In this document: piece by piece, positions 27,843 to 39,528 of the stretch
Layout: every line of letters starts with the position of its first letter
How positions within the stretch are numbered: position 1 is the stretch's first letter
Source of the DNA: a candidate division FCPU426 bacterium
GTDB taxonomy: Bacteria > Oederibacteriota > Muellerivitia > Muellerivitales > Muellerivitaceae
DNA length: 64,000 nucleotides
NCBI GenBank assembly: GCA_963830915.1
Contig: CAWHOE010000045.1
Location: 1 to 64,000 of the forward strand
Direction: 5' to 3'
The notes under the pieces: model-generated
Told to the model about the DNA's origin: nothing
The model's input: only the letters and a program-made list of their open reading frames with translations
The model's database searches: none
Translations under genes and position numbers: made by a program

Positions 27843-30764
27843 TTGAGCCTCCAAGTGAAGACCAGCGGTTTTGATGTTAAACAGACGGGCCTAAGAATCA
27901 TCAACCAACTTTTGATGGTAACTCTCCTGTGGGTAGGGGCGTCCACCCTTTGGGCTGTCGGGGCCGGGGTTACCTATGTCGGCTATCCTTATTGCTCCAA
28001 TCCAACAACCATTGTTCAAACCAACCAGGGTGGAACCAGCAATTACAATAATGGTTCAGGCCCAACTAGTTATGCCCTTTCGACCAGTAGCCTCCCCAAT
28101 TGCAGTTATGCCATTAATGCTTTCGCGAGCGGTAATTACGCTGCCTTGAATACACAGGATTACGAAAGTTCCGGCGGTTGTGGAGCTTGTTTACAGATGT
28201 TCAATGGGGCCTACGGGACCACGGTCATTATGGTGGACCAGTGTCCCTCCAGCAGCAACGCTCCCTGTGTGGATGGCACCCATCATGTGGATTTGGGTCC
28301 GACAGCGTTCAATCAACTGACGAATAACGGGGCCGCTAACGGCCAGCCTGTTTCGTGGATCATTATTCCTTGTCCTTTGGCGGCTATGAACGCGTTGGCA
28401 TCCAACCCGCCGGTCACCGACGGGAATATCGCCTATCTCTGGAAAAATGGGACCACCCAGTATTGGGCCGAGATCGTTTTCGTGAATGAACTTATTCCCA
28501 TACAGGCGGTGAGTATTGATTACGGAGGGACCTGGAGCGCTCTTCCAAGGACGACCTATAATTATTGGGGACCAGGGCCCGGTTCGGGAGGAACGATGGG
28601 GAACACGCCCATCACTTTCGCTTTGACGGATGCCAACAATCATTCCGTGACCACTGTGGTCAATGATGGTTTCAGCCATATCGAGACGAACGCTACTTAC
28701 TATACGACAGCTTCCTATGGCGATACGGGTGTTCAGTTCCCGGCCTGCAGCGGAGGGCCGACGCCCACGTTTACCGGGACAGCTACACCCACATTGACAT
28801 TCACCCAAACCGCGACAAAAACCCCAATTCCTCCAACCAATACTTTTACCTCTACGGCTACCTCGACCGCGACCAATACCCCGACTAATACCGCCACACT
28901 CACGAAGACCGCTACGAGCACCAATTCGGCGACCAACACCGGCACGAAAAGTCCGACCCCGTCCTTCACCACCACCTCTACCATGACCTCGACCTATACC
29001 CCGGCTCCACCCACGAATACCTTCACATCGACGGCGACTTTGACAGGGACCAATACAACAACTAACACCGCGACGTTCACCAAGACGGCTACGGGCACCA
29101 ACACGCCGAGCAATACCGGGACGAAGAGTCCAACTCAAACCTGTACCGCGACACCGACCATGACGGCAACCTATACCCCGGCCCCACCCACGAATACCTT
29201 CACATCGACGGCGACAATGACAGCGACCAATACAACGACAAACACCGCGACGTTCACCAAAACGTCAACGGGTACCAATACGGCGACCAATACCAGTACA
29301 AAGAGTCCGACTGTGACATCGACCAACACCCCGGTTCCGGCCACGAACACTTCCACATCAACCGCGTCTTCCACACCGACGAATGCGATGACCGATACGA
29401 CCACCAATACAGCGACAAAAACACCTACGTCGACCTATAGTTTTACGCCCTCCATGACCGCTACGAATACGCCCACCAATTCCAATACCCCGACCGTCAC
29501 CGCCACTTGGACATTTACCGTCACCGTTACTGTTACCTTTAGTAAAACTCCGACCGATACATCCACTTTAACCGCGACATCGACGGACACACCTCAGTTT
29601 TCCTACACCCCCACCGATACCGCGACGATTTCTTACACACCGACTGAGACACTGTCCCCGACCAAAACACCGACTTTCACCATGACGTCCACATCGACCA
29701 TGACTAACACTCCGACTTACAGCTTTACCCAGACTTTTACCTTGTCCCCCACGGCCACTGCGACGAATACAAACACACCGACCTGGACCAACACACCAAC
29801 GGAAACATTCACTCCTTCCTCTACGCCAACCAATACCGACAGCTTCACCCCGACCAATACCGCAACTTTTACGGATACGACCACCCCTACCAATACACCC
29901 ACCCTGTCCTTTACTCCAACATCAACTTCAACCAACACCAATACCATGACCCCGACCAATACAGTGACACTCACCGATACCGCCACACCCACCAATACCA
30001 TGACCTTATCTTTTACCCCAACCCTAACCCTGACACCGACCCTAACCTACACTGACACCGCTACTTCATCCCCGACACAAACCGCGACATTAACCTATAC
30101 ATCCAGCCTTACCAATACCGCGACTCCGTCATTCACGGCTACCCAAACCCTTTCCCCGACATCAACATCCACCAGTACGAATAGTTTTACCCCAACCAAT
30201 ACAGCCACCCATACGGATACCTCGACGGTGACATTAACTCCGACCGCTACTTTGACTCCCACCCTAACCAGTACCTCCACCAATAGCCCGACTGTGACCA
30301 ATACTTTGACTTGGAGCAACACTTTCACGAATACTTTCACATTCACCAGAACGAGCACACCGACCTTCAGTTTTACACCCACCGCGACCAGCACTTGGAC
30401 GGCAACCCCAACCGACACCTTTACATTCACGCCGACATTTACGGCTTCACCGACCATCTCGGCTACCCCAACAGCGGTTTTACAGCCGGTCGTGTTGGGC
30501 CCCTATCCCAATCCGTCGGAAGGACAGCCTGTGGCCATTGACGTTCAAGTTCCTGGTCCATCAACGGTCAAGTGGGGCGTTTACACGTTAGCGTTCCGCA
30601 AAATATATGGGGGATCGTTCGGTGTTAATTCATCGACAACTTGGATGTGGGATTTGAAGGACAAGAAAGGGACACAAGTCTCCAACGGTATCTACTACAT
30701 AAGGTTACAAATTACAGGCTCGCAAAATGTAAATAAGACGTTGAAATTATTAGTTATCCGATAA
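27843..30764 (+). CDS. Secreted expansin-like protein (DPBB + CBM63-like) + Thr-rich stalk + class I CTD
   Basis: YAALN, CGACL, VDQCP, HVDLG..AF, W..LPRT.YNYW as in EXLX1-type expansins. Confidence 0.85.
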   Translation: MSLQVKTSGFDVKQTGLRIINQLLMVTLLWVGASTLWAVGAGVTYVGYPYCSNPTTIVQTNQGGTSNYNNGSGPTSYALSTSSLPNCSYAINAFASGNYAALNTQDYESSGGCGACLQMFNGAYGTTVIMVDQCPSSSNAPCVDGTHHVDLGPTAFNQLTNNGAANGQPVSWIIIPCPLAAMNALASNPPVTDGNIAYLWKNGTTQYWAEIVFVNELIPIQAVSIDYGGTWSALPRTTYNYWGPGPGSGGTMGNTPITFALTDANNHSVTTVVNDGFSHIETNATYYTTASYGDTGVQFPACSGGPTPTFTGTATPTLTFTQTATKTPIPPTNTFTSTATSTATNTPTNTATLTKTATSTNSATNTGTKSPTPSFTTTSTMTSTYTPAPPTNTFTSTATLTGTNTTTNTATFTKTATGTNTPSNTGTKSPTQTCTATPTMTATYTPAPPTNTFTSTATMTATNTTTNTATFTKTSTGTNTATNTSTKSPTVTSTNTPVPATNTSTSTASSTPTNAMTDTTTNTATKTPTSTYSFTPSMTATNTPTNSNTPTVTATWTFTVTVTVTFSKTPTDTSTLTATSTDTPQFSYTPTDTATISYTPTETLSPTKTPTFTMTSTSTMTNTPTYSFTQTFTLSPTATATNTNTPTWTNTPTETFTPSSTPTNTDSFTPTNTATFTDTTTPTNTPTLSFTPTSTSTNTNTMTPTNTVTLTDTATPTNTMTLSFTPTLTLTPTLTYTDTATSSPTQTATLTYTSSLTNTATPSFTATQTLSPTSTSTSTNSFTPTNTATHTDTSTVTLTPTATLTPTLTSTSTNSPTVTNTLTWSNTFTNTFTFTRTSTPTFSFTPTATSTWTATPTDTFTFTPTFTASPTISATPTAVLQPVVLGPYPNPSEGQPVAIDVQVPGPSTVKWGVYTLAFRKIYGGSFGVNSSTTWMWDLKDKKGTQVSNGIYYIRLQITGSQNVNKTLKLLVIR

Positions 30765-30910
30765 TTTCAGGTTCATTTTTGTCAGAATATTTTAAGAATT
30801 GTCGGAAGTTTCCACATCTTAAGCGGTTTCACGAGAAAGCGGTCCACCGCAACCAACTTAAAGCTTCACATTAAAACGAATAGATTACCGGTAAACTGGA
30901 AGCGGTTGCA

Positions 30911-30930
30911 AAGGGCATAGAAATTGCATT
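30911..30930 (+). promoter_or_regulatory. sigma54 (-24/-12) promoter
   Basis: 20-bp identity with 25015-25034. Confidence 0.8.
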
Positions 30931-31086
30931 AAATTGAAATGAAAAGGGCTGGATTTTCTTCTTTTTTGATGTGTGGAAAGTAAGAACTGTTGATGTGTGA
31001 TAAGATTTAAATGTTAGTTTTTGAAGGTTTTTGAGGCTAAAACCGTTGTTAGGTTTAAGCAATTTGAAAGGAATGGTTGGAAATAA

Positions 31087-34000
31087 ATGAAAAATGCGAC
31101 TTCCGATTTTCATAATTTCTCATTCCCCTTAAATATGTTATTCAAACTTGAACAGCTGTTTTTGGCTTTTATTTGTTTTGGTCTACTCACTAGTACATTG
31201 CAAGCCCAAATAACCAATTATGATAATCCGAACGTTAAATATTGTCCTGCGGATCCACCAACTTCCTTCGTTCAAAATGACGCTCCAACTGCATATAACA
31301 TTTACTGTTCAAGCGGTGGAAATTCGATGGGAGCTTGTGAAATTCAACCCGGCATGGTTACACCCGATCACTATGCGGCTATCTCCTCTAACTCTTGGCA
31401 AAATGGTGCAGCATGCGGAGCTTGCGCCGCTTTGAAAAGCGCTCAAGGTGCAACAACGATTATGATTGTTGATGAGTGTACAACCTGTGGAGATAGTCAT
31501 CATCTCGACTTGGCAGTGGGAGCCTATAGCGAATTAGTGGGTAATGGAAGTACGAGTTGCGCGCAAACCCTAGCAGGTGGGTCCTGCAGTACGGGAACAG
31601 GCGGTGGTACTGGAGTCAATCTTAATTGTGCCACTCCACAAGGCCCTGTTACTTGGAATTTCATTCAATGTCCCGCAAGTTTTAGGTCCTATAATAACTC
31701 AACTGGAAATCTTACCTATGAATTCAAATCTGGTTCCACTTCGGGTGGATGGGAACCGATACAGATCATGGATTCGTTATTCCCAATTAACTATGTCGGG
31801 GTTGGAACAAGTTCGGGTGGGTCTTTTACATCATTAACGAATACTTATGTTTCAGGCGCGGCAAATTGGTGGGGTGGATCGAATCCCAACCCGCCCCTTT
31901 ATTATCGTATTGGAGATGATGAAAATAGGTATGTAACCATTGGGCCAATCAATAGTGTTTCTCCACTTCAAAATACCGTCCCTTACGGTACGACAGGTGT
32001 TCAGTTCCCGGCTTGTGGTGGATCTGGCCCGACTGACACTCCAACCAATACTTTTACGCCGAATGGTCCGACTTACACTTTTACCAACACCCCGACCAAG
32101 ACGTTTTCACCCACCCCGACCTTTACGGCTGGGCCTCCTCCTGGATGCGCGTTTGTTTACTATGACGGTGAAACGGTCAATACTGATCTAGCTTCTGCAA
32201 GTACTTGGACAAGCAACGCCACAGTTTCTGAAGTGACCACCGAATCCCATTCACCTACGCATAGTTTAGATATGGTCTTTAACTGGACAGGGACCTATTA
32301 CGCTGGGGTAGGTTACAACTGGACTCAGTACAGCCCCTCCTCTACGAAAATCGTAAATCTTGCTACTTATACAACTCTTGAGTTTTACGCTATGACTACG
32401 GATGCTTCCCCTGTTACGGATATGGGCTTAAGATTGGACAATGTGGCTGGAGCGGGCACTTCCAATATTGCTTCATCAGCTGTTGTGACGGTAACTTCTT
32501 ATTTGCCGGGAGGTATCACAACCAGTTGGCAAAGAATCGATATACCGACCTCGGCTCTCACATCGGGTGGAGCAAATTACCTTACGACTGATGTGGGCGA
32601 GATCGACTTTTTCACCGGACTCGGAGTAGCTACCGGTAATGAAACCGTTTATATAGATGATATTAGTTTCTATGGAACATGCCCGCCTACGGCAACCCCG
32701 ACCCCAACAAAAACAAACACGCCAACCGGTCCAACTGCCACGCCGACTGCCACTTTCTCTTGTTACAATTTCGATGATTTTGAGGCTGACGCCGGGGTCA
32801 CGGCTGGTTGGCTGGATAAAATGGGTGGATATTGGTCCATCTATAGTTATAGCGGAGGTGTCACCACCTCCCAGACACTCATTAACCCTGGCGCGAATGG
32901 GACTAGTTACGCGTTACAAAGCGTTGGAACCAATCCAGTTACTGGTGGAATAGGAATGCAGGGAGGAATTCTAGCTACGAGTCAAAGCTTGACTTATCTA
33001 GGTGGTCTAAGCTTTTACTTCGAGTCCTCTGCGGCTGGCGCAAGTGTTACTTTCCGAGTTGAATTGAAGAATCCGGTCATTGACGCTGGCGATGGAGACG
33101 ATTATGGGTATAGTTTCAGTCCGACAACGGCCAACACCTGGCAATATATCAATATCCCTTTGGCTTCCTTGACGAGAGAGTCTTGGGGAACCATGACTGG
33201 GCCTCCGACTCTGGCCCAGGCATTGACACAGATAACGGGTATTTCTTGGCAAACAGAATCAGCAAACACTACCGCTGTGACCTTTGCCGTGGATCAGATA
33301 TGCTTGATGACCAATAATCCTCCGCCTACTAGCACGCCCACAAAAACTAACACTCCGACCTTTACAAAAACCTATACCCCAACGGTGACCAACACTTTCA
33401 CGCCGACACCCACGAATAGTCCCACTAAAACACCAACGAGCACATTTACTTCGACCAACTCTTTCACCAATACTCCAACCACTTTGTTCACAAATACCTT
33501 TACCGCGACTCCTACATCAACCAATACGACCACTATTTTCACCAATACATTTACGGGTACGCCGACGAATAGTTCTACCCGAACTTCAACACCAACCTCG
33601 ACTTATACTTTTACCGCGACCAACACTTCAACTTATACGGATACTCGCACACCCACTGATACCGCTACCTTGACCAATACGAAAACCAATACTTTTTCAC
33701 CAACTATTACCAATACATTTACTTTAACTCCTACCGGCACACAGAGCCCATCCAACACACCAACAATTACACCTACTTTTACATGGACGCCAACGAATAC
33801 ATCCACTTTTACTAACACATGGACGGCCGTTCCATTCACTAATACGCCGACGATCGTGTTAACACCCACTTTCACCAATACATCCACGGCTGTTCCTTTT
33901 ACCAACACACCGACAGTCGCGTTCACTCAGACCTTCACCAATACATTTACAAGTACTTTCACAAGTACCTTTACTAATACGTTTACGAATACATTTACCG

Positions 34001-34704
34001 GGACATTAACCCCGCCTCCAACGGCTACACCGACGGGAACGCCAACTTACACTTATACGAACACTTCCACATTTACAAATACCAACACCAATACACCGCA
34101 ATTCACATATACATATACCTTCAGCCCAACCATTACCAACACACCTACTATTTCGAATACCCCGACCATAACCAATACTCCAACCATTACATCGACACCA
34201 ACCAATAGCTTTACGCTTACCAACACATTTACCTGGACCAATACCTTTACAAAAACAAACACACCTACCATAACCAACACCCCGACTTGGACATTGAGCC
34301 CTACGAAAACCAATACGCCAACCTTTACCTATACGCCGACCAATACATCCACTTTTACTTGGTCACCGACCATTACGAATACCCCGACCGAGACATCAAC
34401 GTACACTTCAACTCCAGTTTTAAGACCGGTCTTGGGAGGCCCTTATCCGAATCCGATCACGACAGGGCCAATAAATCTTTCAGTTTTAGTCCCTGGGACG
34501 GCTAAGGTTAAATGGACAGTTTATACTTTAGCTTTTAGAAAGATATTTAGCGGGGAAGAGACCGTGACTACAGAAGGTCTGATCCAATGGAATCTCAAGG
34601 ATAAGAGCGGGATCAAAGTGGCTGATGGTGTTTATTACCTTCGAGTTGAAGTGGACGGGATCCAGTCAACAGTTAAAATATTCAAGATCCTAGTTCTGCG
34701 CTGA
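31087..34704 (+). CDS. Secreted expansin-like protein + two galactose-binding-like CBM modules (CBM11/CBM30/CIA30-like) + Thr-rich stalk + class I CTD
   Basis: GACEI, YAAIS, CGACA, VDEC..C..HLDL; WQRIDIP..YIDDISF and WQYINIPL..VDQI modules. Confidence 0.8.
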   Translation: MKNATSDFHNFSFPLNMLFKLEQLFLAFICFGLLTSTLQAQITNYDNPNVKYCPADPPTSFVQNDAPTAYNIYCSSGGNSMGACEIQPGMVTPDHYAAISSNSWQNGAACGACAALKSAQGATTIMIVDECTTCGDSHHLDLAVGAYSELVGNGSTSCAQTLAGGSCSTGTGGGTGVNLNCATPQGPVTWNFIQCPASFRSYNNSTGNLTYEFKSGSTSGGWEPIQIMDSLFPINYVGVGTSSGGSFTSLTNTYVSGAANWWGGSNPNPPLYYRIGDDENRYVTIGPINSVSPLQNTVPYGTTGVQFPACGGSGPTDTPTNTFTPNGPTYTFTNTPTKTFSPTPTFTAGPPPGCAFVYYDGETVNTDLASASTWTSNATVSEVTTESHSPTHSLDMVFNWTGTYYAGVGYNWTQYSPSSTKIVNLATYTTLEFYAMTTDASPVTDMGLRLDNVAGAGTSNIASSAVVTVTSYLPGGITTSWQRIDIPTSALTSGGANYLTTDVGEIDFFTGLGVATGNETVYIDDISFYGTCPPTATPTPTKTNTPTGPTATPTATFSCYNFDDFEADAGVTAGWLDKMGGYWSIYSYSGGVTTSQTLINPGANGTSYALQSVGTNPVTGGIGMQGGILATSQSLTYLGGLSFYFESSAAGASVTFRVELKNPVIDAGDGDDYGYSFSPTTANTWQYINIPLASLTRESWGTMTGPPTLAQALTQITGISWQTESANTTAVTFAVDQICLMTNNPPPTSTPTKTNTPTFTKTYTPTVTNTFTPTPTNSPTKTPTSTFTSTNSFTNTPTTLFTNTFTATPTSTNTTTIFTNTFTGTPTNSSTRTSTPTSTYTFTATNTSTYTDTRTPTDTATLTNTKTNTFSPTITNTFTLTPTGTQSPSNTPTITPTFTWTPTNTSTFTNTWTAVPFTNTPTIVLTPTFTNTSTAVPFTNTPTVAFTQTFTNTFTSTFTSTFTNTFTNTFTGTLTPPPTATPTGTPTYTYTNTSTFTNTNTNTPQFTYTYTFSPTITNTPTISNTPTITNTPTITSTPTNSFTLTNTFTWTNTFTKTNTPTITNTPTWTLSPTKTNTPTFTYTPTNTSTFTWSPTITNTPTETSTYTSTPVLRPVLGGPYPNPITTGPINLSVLVPGTAKVKWTVYTLAFRKIFSGEETVTTEGLIQWNLKDKSGIKVADGVYYLRVEVDGIQSTVKIFKILVLR

Positions 34705-34753
34705 TCCTGGAAAAATGTTTTGTTGAATGTTGTGAACGCCTGAAAGTGATCTA

Positions 34754-37700
34754 ATGAAAATCCAGGGTAATAGAAAAGAAGAGAATTTCCCTTCCTGCCC
34801 CCAGATGTTTAAATTTCGCAACTTAATAAAATCGTTTTCCCTCTTAATGATCTTCCTTTTGGCTTTTTCTATTTGTACTGAGGCTCAAGCTGTGAACATC
34901 ACCATACTTGGTTATGGCATTACCCCCCCCGCGCCCCAACCAGGTCAAAGTTTCCAAATGTCGGTTACATACACGAATTGTGCCTGGAGCGCGCCTTCTA
35001 GTTGGGAAGTGGCTTTCAGCAGTGATGGGACTACTGTGATTGGTTGTCCTGCGGCAGGTCAGGTATTTCTCGTGGATAACAATGGTATTGATTCTTATGA
35101 TGCGGGTGTAAATGGCGGGCAAATGGGATGGACCGGACCGGTCGATGAGTTGGGAGTCGGTATAGTAGCTTCGGATTCAAATTCATTAGGTTCTCCTGCT
35201 TGTTTAGCTGTCACTTACGTCAATAACTGGAATTTAGTCCTACCACCAACGGCTAATTACGGAAGTAGTTACAATCTAATAATTGGGGGTGGAGATTATA
35301 ATGTGCAATGTGGAAGTGTGCCCCAGGACGGCAGCGAGGTAAACATACCTCTCACCATCCCTGTCCCGCCCGCGACCATCCTTGGCGTCAATAAGATCGC
35401 GGAAGGGGGAAGCGCGGCCAATGGCGACTTGGTCCTTTTTACGGTTAATTATGATTTCGTCAATAGCCCAGCCGGAAATACGGTGACTGACATAGTTCCC
35501 GCTGGAGTGACCGTCGTTCAGATGGGGCCGGTGACTCCTGTGACTACCAGTCAAACCGGCACTACTCCTGGGTCGACCCTCACTTGGAACATTCCCGGGA
35601 GCGCGCTTGAATCCAAAGGCCAGGTTTGGTTTTTGGCTAGGGTAAATGAAACGAGTGGAACCATCAGTAACACTGCAACCCTCCATTTGGGCGGAGGCGC
35701 TTCCCAAGTTTCCAATGTGGCAAATTCAACCGTAGGTGGCGGCGGGTTTTCACTGATCAAGTCCCAATCACCGGCCAGCGGGGTGCTCACGAATGGATCG
35801 AATATTACCTACACATTGGCTTATAGCATTAATGGATTCAGTTTGCAGTGGTATGACTCTTACGATACTACCGCAACCGCTCCCAATGGGGCTGACGGTG
35901 CCGTCACTTCAGCCTTTGGATATGACGGAACGGGTTATACGGATATTCCCAGTTTGGCTCCCGGCTGTTGTGATCCAAATGGGGGAGGGTTCGTTCTTAA
36001 AACGGACGCGCAGGGGAACCGTTATCTTGTCGCGACATCCACCTACAACACAACCGGGGGTGATTATCCGGTTTATTTAAGGAATGGTGGTGTGAGTTTT
36101 TGCGGTAATAGTACCTATGTTGTGGAAGGGGATATGCAGATACCAACCACTTCTCAAGGTGTTAGTTATGGTGCTGACGCCGATTTGGTGGTGGCCTATA
36201 GCGCTCAAGCCGGAACGACATACACTTTATTGGCCGGAATTTCCCTCGATAACAACCCTTACGGTTTTATCCAAATGCAAGCGAATGAATGCCCGGCTTC
36301 TTGCCCTATGGCAGGTGCGGGATTAACAGCATATGGAGGGGTCAATGGCGCCGTTACCATTGAAGCAGGCATATGGTATACGGTCAGGGCCATTGTGACG
36401 GTCACTGCCGGGGTCATCTCTTCGATCAAAGAAATAGTTTGGGAAAGGGGAAATCCAAGTCTTGTGGATACCTATACCTGGACCACCCCGCCAGCCTTCC
36501 CAAATCTTTGTACAGCGGGTGTTACTTGGCAACAAGGTTGGGAATCCACCGCGACCGCTTCGCCGGATTACTATGCCAATTTGAAATTCTCACAAGCGGA
36601 TCCGGTCAATAATACCATCCTGACGGATGTGGAACCCGCTGGATTAGCTATGTCCGGACACAGTGAAGTCAATGCCGGGGGAACAGTCAATTTCTCACAA
36701 GCAGGGAGCACATTGAAGTGGACTTTCCCGGGAACAAATTACAATCTTCAAGGAGCGGTCACCTGGTGGGCGCCTGTTGTGTGCGGAGCTGGAGGAACAT
36801 TTGTTAATCAGGCGGCTATTACGGCCGATGGGGACCAGGCAGTTACTTCCAACGCGGTTACGGCTGTGTTGAGCTGTAGCACCCCGACATTTACTGATAC
36901 ACCCACTAACACGGCCACCAATACGGACACTTTTACAGCGACCAATACGGCTACAACTACACCGACTCGGACCCCGACCAATACCGCTACGAATTCGGCC
37001 ACCAATTCCCCGACTTTCTCCCCAACCAATACCAACACTAAGACGCCAACATTTACAGCTACTAATACGGATACTGTGACTCCAACAGTAACACCTACGA
37101 ATACAGCAACTACTACTAATACCGCTACATATACCGCTACCAGTACGCCAACCTTCACCCCCACCAACACTAAAACAGTGACTCCGACCAATACAATCAC
37201 CAATACCGCAACACCTACCGATACCAAAACGAATACCGATACAACCACACCCACATCAACCCAGACGGACACGCCTACCAACACTCCTATTATCACCAAT
37301 ACTCCAACTAACACTCCCACCAATAGCGCTACAAGCACATTGACTAAAACGCCCACCAATACTTACACGAATACAAATACTACAACCGTGACTAATACGT
37401 TTACACCGACTCTTACCCCAACAAACACGATGACTAGTACACCAACCAATACGGTTACTGATACTACAACCCCGCCCAATTCGCCAACCAATACGGATAC
37501 GGTTACGCTCACGAACACGCCGACTAATTCCAACACGACAACCCCGACCGTCACACCGACCGATACCATATCCCCAACCGATACAGCGACAATCACGGAT
37601 ACCTATACACCGACCAACTCAGCCACATCCACCAATACACCCACAACTACCGATACATATACGGATACGCCAACCAATACAAATACAGCGCTTAACACAT

Positions 37701-39202
37701 ATACGAATACCGCTACCACAACCGATACATTCACCGCCACAAACACCACAACACCAACGAATACTTACACTCCGACCGATACGAGTACCTCGACAAAAAC
37801 AGCGACTAATACGGATACCATGACGGCGACGGCGACCTCGACATCGACCTTTACTTTCACCCCCACGAATACCGCCACCTTCACATTCACACCAACCCCG
37901 ACGACTGGGATAACCTTGAATAAATCAGTCAACCAGAATTCCGCCCAATCAGGCGATGTTCTCCTCTATACATTGGCTGTCACTATTACGGGTGGAACCG
38001 CTAATGGAATCGTGGTTCGGGACGCTCTCCCGGCCAATGTGACTTTCAATGCATTCGTTTCGGCGCCCACAGGCACAACGCCTGTTTACAACGCGGCTAC
38101 TTCACAAATGACTTGGACCCTGCCATCGTCGTTAGCTGCTGGTGTTTACAATATCCAATATGAAACGAATGTTAATAATTTCATCATGGGAGGGACTGTC
38201 CTCAAAAACTGCGCTCAATTGACCGCTTCGGGGTTATCGGCGCCTTTGACTAGCTGCGCCAATGTGACGGTTACCGGAAATTATACTGTACGTATTGGGG
38301 TCTATAACGAAGCGGGTGAGTTAGTAAAACAAATATTGATCCAGCAATTCTCTCAGCCCATCAACAGCCTTACCCTCGAATCAAGCAATTCCATTACGAG
38401 CCTGCATGGGACCAATAGCGTTATCAATATTTATTACGAGGGTTACGAGATAGGTACCTGGGATGGCACGACTACAAGCGGTTCGCCTGCCCTGAACGGG
38501 GTTTATAACATAAAAGTTGATAATGTTGACAGCTACGGCGTGGTTAAAAGCACCACTGTACAAGCGGTCGTAAGCCGCTCGCTTTATACCTTCGCTGTTC
38601 TTATCTATAACGAGGCCGGGGAAGTCATTCGCCATCTTGATACCTTTGTGGATGATCCTGGATTGAATAGTGTTATCAACATGAAATTATCTGCGAATGT
38701 TATCGTGCCTTCCGGAGGCACTTCTTCCGCAGGAATACCAGGAAATTTGACTATTACTTTAAGCAATGGTATGGCTGTAACCTGGGATGGCAAAACCGAT
38801 AACGGGGCTTATGTCAGTACTGGTCAGTATTTTGTGGAGGTCACTTCTCAGAATGGCCAGGGCGGAGGGGAGACGGTATTGACACAGGAAGTTTCGGTCA
38901 TGGGGACAAACTCACAGGTCGGGACAGGTCAGATTACTACGGTTCCGAACATTCTCAACTCAGCCAATGGTTTTCTTGCGACTTTCAGCAGCAATTCACC
39001 TATGAACCTGACATTGACCGTCAAGATCTACACCATGGCGGGGGAACTGGTGAAGTTTGTCTCCGGAGATACTGGCAGCAACAGGGCGGTTTGGGATGGC
39101 TCGACGGTCGCAAGCGGTCTTTATATCGCTGAGATAGAATCCAATTATATGACCGGCGGTTTGGCGAGAATCCAGACGACCAAGATAGTTGTGGTCCATT
39201 AA
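34754..39202 (+). CDS. Secreted DUF11/lectin-like protein + Thr-rich stalk + DUF11 + FlgD-Ig-like repeats + class II CTD
   Basis: K..GD...YT..TD..P.G DUF11 pattern; repeated [13 protein letters not shown] motifs; true start may be at MFKFR. Confidence 0.75.
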   Translation: MKIQGNRKEENFPSCPQMFKFRNLIKSFSLLMIFLLAFSICTEAQAVNITILGYGITPPAPQPGQSFQMSVTYTNCAWSAPSSWEVAFSSDGTTVIGCPAAGQVFLVDNNGIDSYDAGVNGGQMGWTGPVDELGVGIVASDSNSLGSPACLAVTYVNNWNLVLPPTANYGSSYNLIIGGGDYNVQCGSVPQDGSEVNIPLTIPVPPATILGVNKIAEGGSAANGDLVLFTVNYDFVNSPAGNTVTDIVPAGVTVVQMGPVTPVTTSQTGTTPGSTLTWNIPGSALESKGQVWFLARVNETSGTISNTATLHLGGGASQVSNVANSTVGGGGFSLIKSQSPASGVLTNGSNITYTLAYSINGFSLQWYDSYDTTATAPNGADGAVTSAFGYDGTGYTDIPSLAPGCCDPNGGGFVLKTDAQGNRYLVATSTYNTTGGDYPVYLRNGGVSFCGNSTYVVEGDMQIPTTSQGVSYGADADLVVAYSAQAGTTYTLLAGISLDNNPYGFIQMQANECPASCPMAGAGLTAYGGVNGAVTIEAGIWYTVRAIVTVTAGVISSIKEIVWERGNPSLVDTYTWTTPPAFPNLCTAGVTWQQGWESTATASPDYYANLKFSQADPVNNTILTDVEPAGLAMSGHSEVNAGGTVNFSQAGSTLKWTFPGTNYNLQGAVTWWAPVVCGAGGTFVNQAAITADGDQAVTSNAVTAVLSCSTPTFTDTPTNTATNTDTFTATNTATTTPTRTPTNTATNSATNSPTFSPTNTNTKTPTFTATNTDTVTPTVTPTNTATTTNTATYTATSTPTFTPTNTKTVTPTNTITNTATPTDTKTNTDTTTPTSTQTDTPTNTPIITNTPTNTPTNSATSTLTKTPTNTYTNTNTTTVTNTFTPTLTPTNTMTSTPTNTVTDTTTPPNSPTNTDTVTLTNTPTNSNTTTPTVTPTDTISPTDTATITDTYTPTNSATSTNTPTTTDTYTDTPTNTNTALNTYTNTATTTDTFTATNTTTPTNTYTPTDTSTSTKTATNTDTMTATATSTSTFTFTPTNTATFTFTPTPTTGITLNKSVNQNSAQSGDVLLYTLAVTITGGTANGIVVRDALPANVTFNAFVSAPTGTTPVYNAATSQMTWTLPSSLAAGVYNIQYETNVNNFIMGGTVLKNCAQLTASGLSAPLTSCANVTVTGNYTVRIGVYNEAGELVKQILIQQFSQPINSLTLESSNSITSLHGTNSVINIYYEGYEIGTWDGTTTSGSPALNGVYNIKVDNVDSYGVVKSTTVQAVVSRSLYTFAVLIYNEAGEVIRHLDTFVDDPGLNSVINMKLSANVIVPSGGTSSAGIPGNLTITLSNGMAVTWDGKTDNGAYVSTGQYFVEVTSQNGQGGGETVLTQEVSVMGTNSQVGTGQITTVPNILNSANGFLATFSSNSPMNLTLTVKIYTMAGELVKFVSGDTGSNRAVWDGSTVASGLYIAEIESNYMTGGLARIQTTKIVVVH

Positions 39203-39515
39203 CCCCATTACTTTGATTTAAATAAAATTATTTCCACAATTCACTGAATTTCGCGACCCCGCGACTAAATCCATTTGGCAAGCTAAAATTTCACGTGAAT
39301 ATCGTTTAAAAACAAAGTTTTTTAAATTTTATTTTTGTGGTAAAGGCTTAATTTTAATTTGGACTGAACTTATTTTGCCAAGAAACCATTATTTTTAATT
39401 GAGGTATAATTAAAAGAGATCTTTGCGAGAACATTAAGGGAATAATTTTCGCATTGAAAACAGAAACATTTAACCCTAATGGGTACCGATTAAACTGAAC
39501 TTCATTGACAAGTTA

Positions 39516-39528
39516 TGAAAGCGCTTCA
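39516..39528. promoter_or_regulatory. LacI/cre-like operator candidate
   Basis: tgaaagcgcttca immediately before ATG 39529; same core at 43905. Confidence 0.5.
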
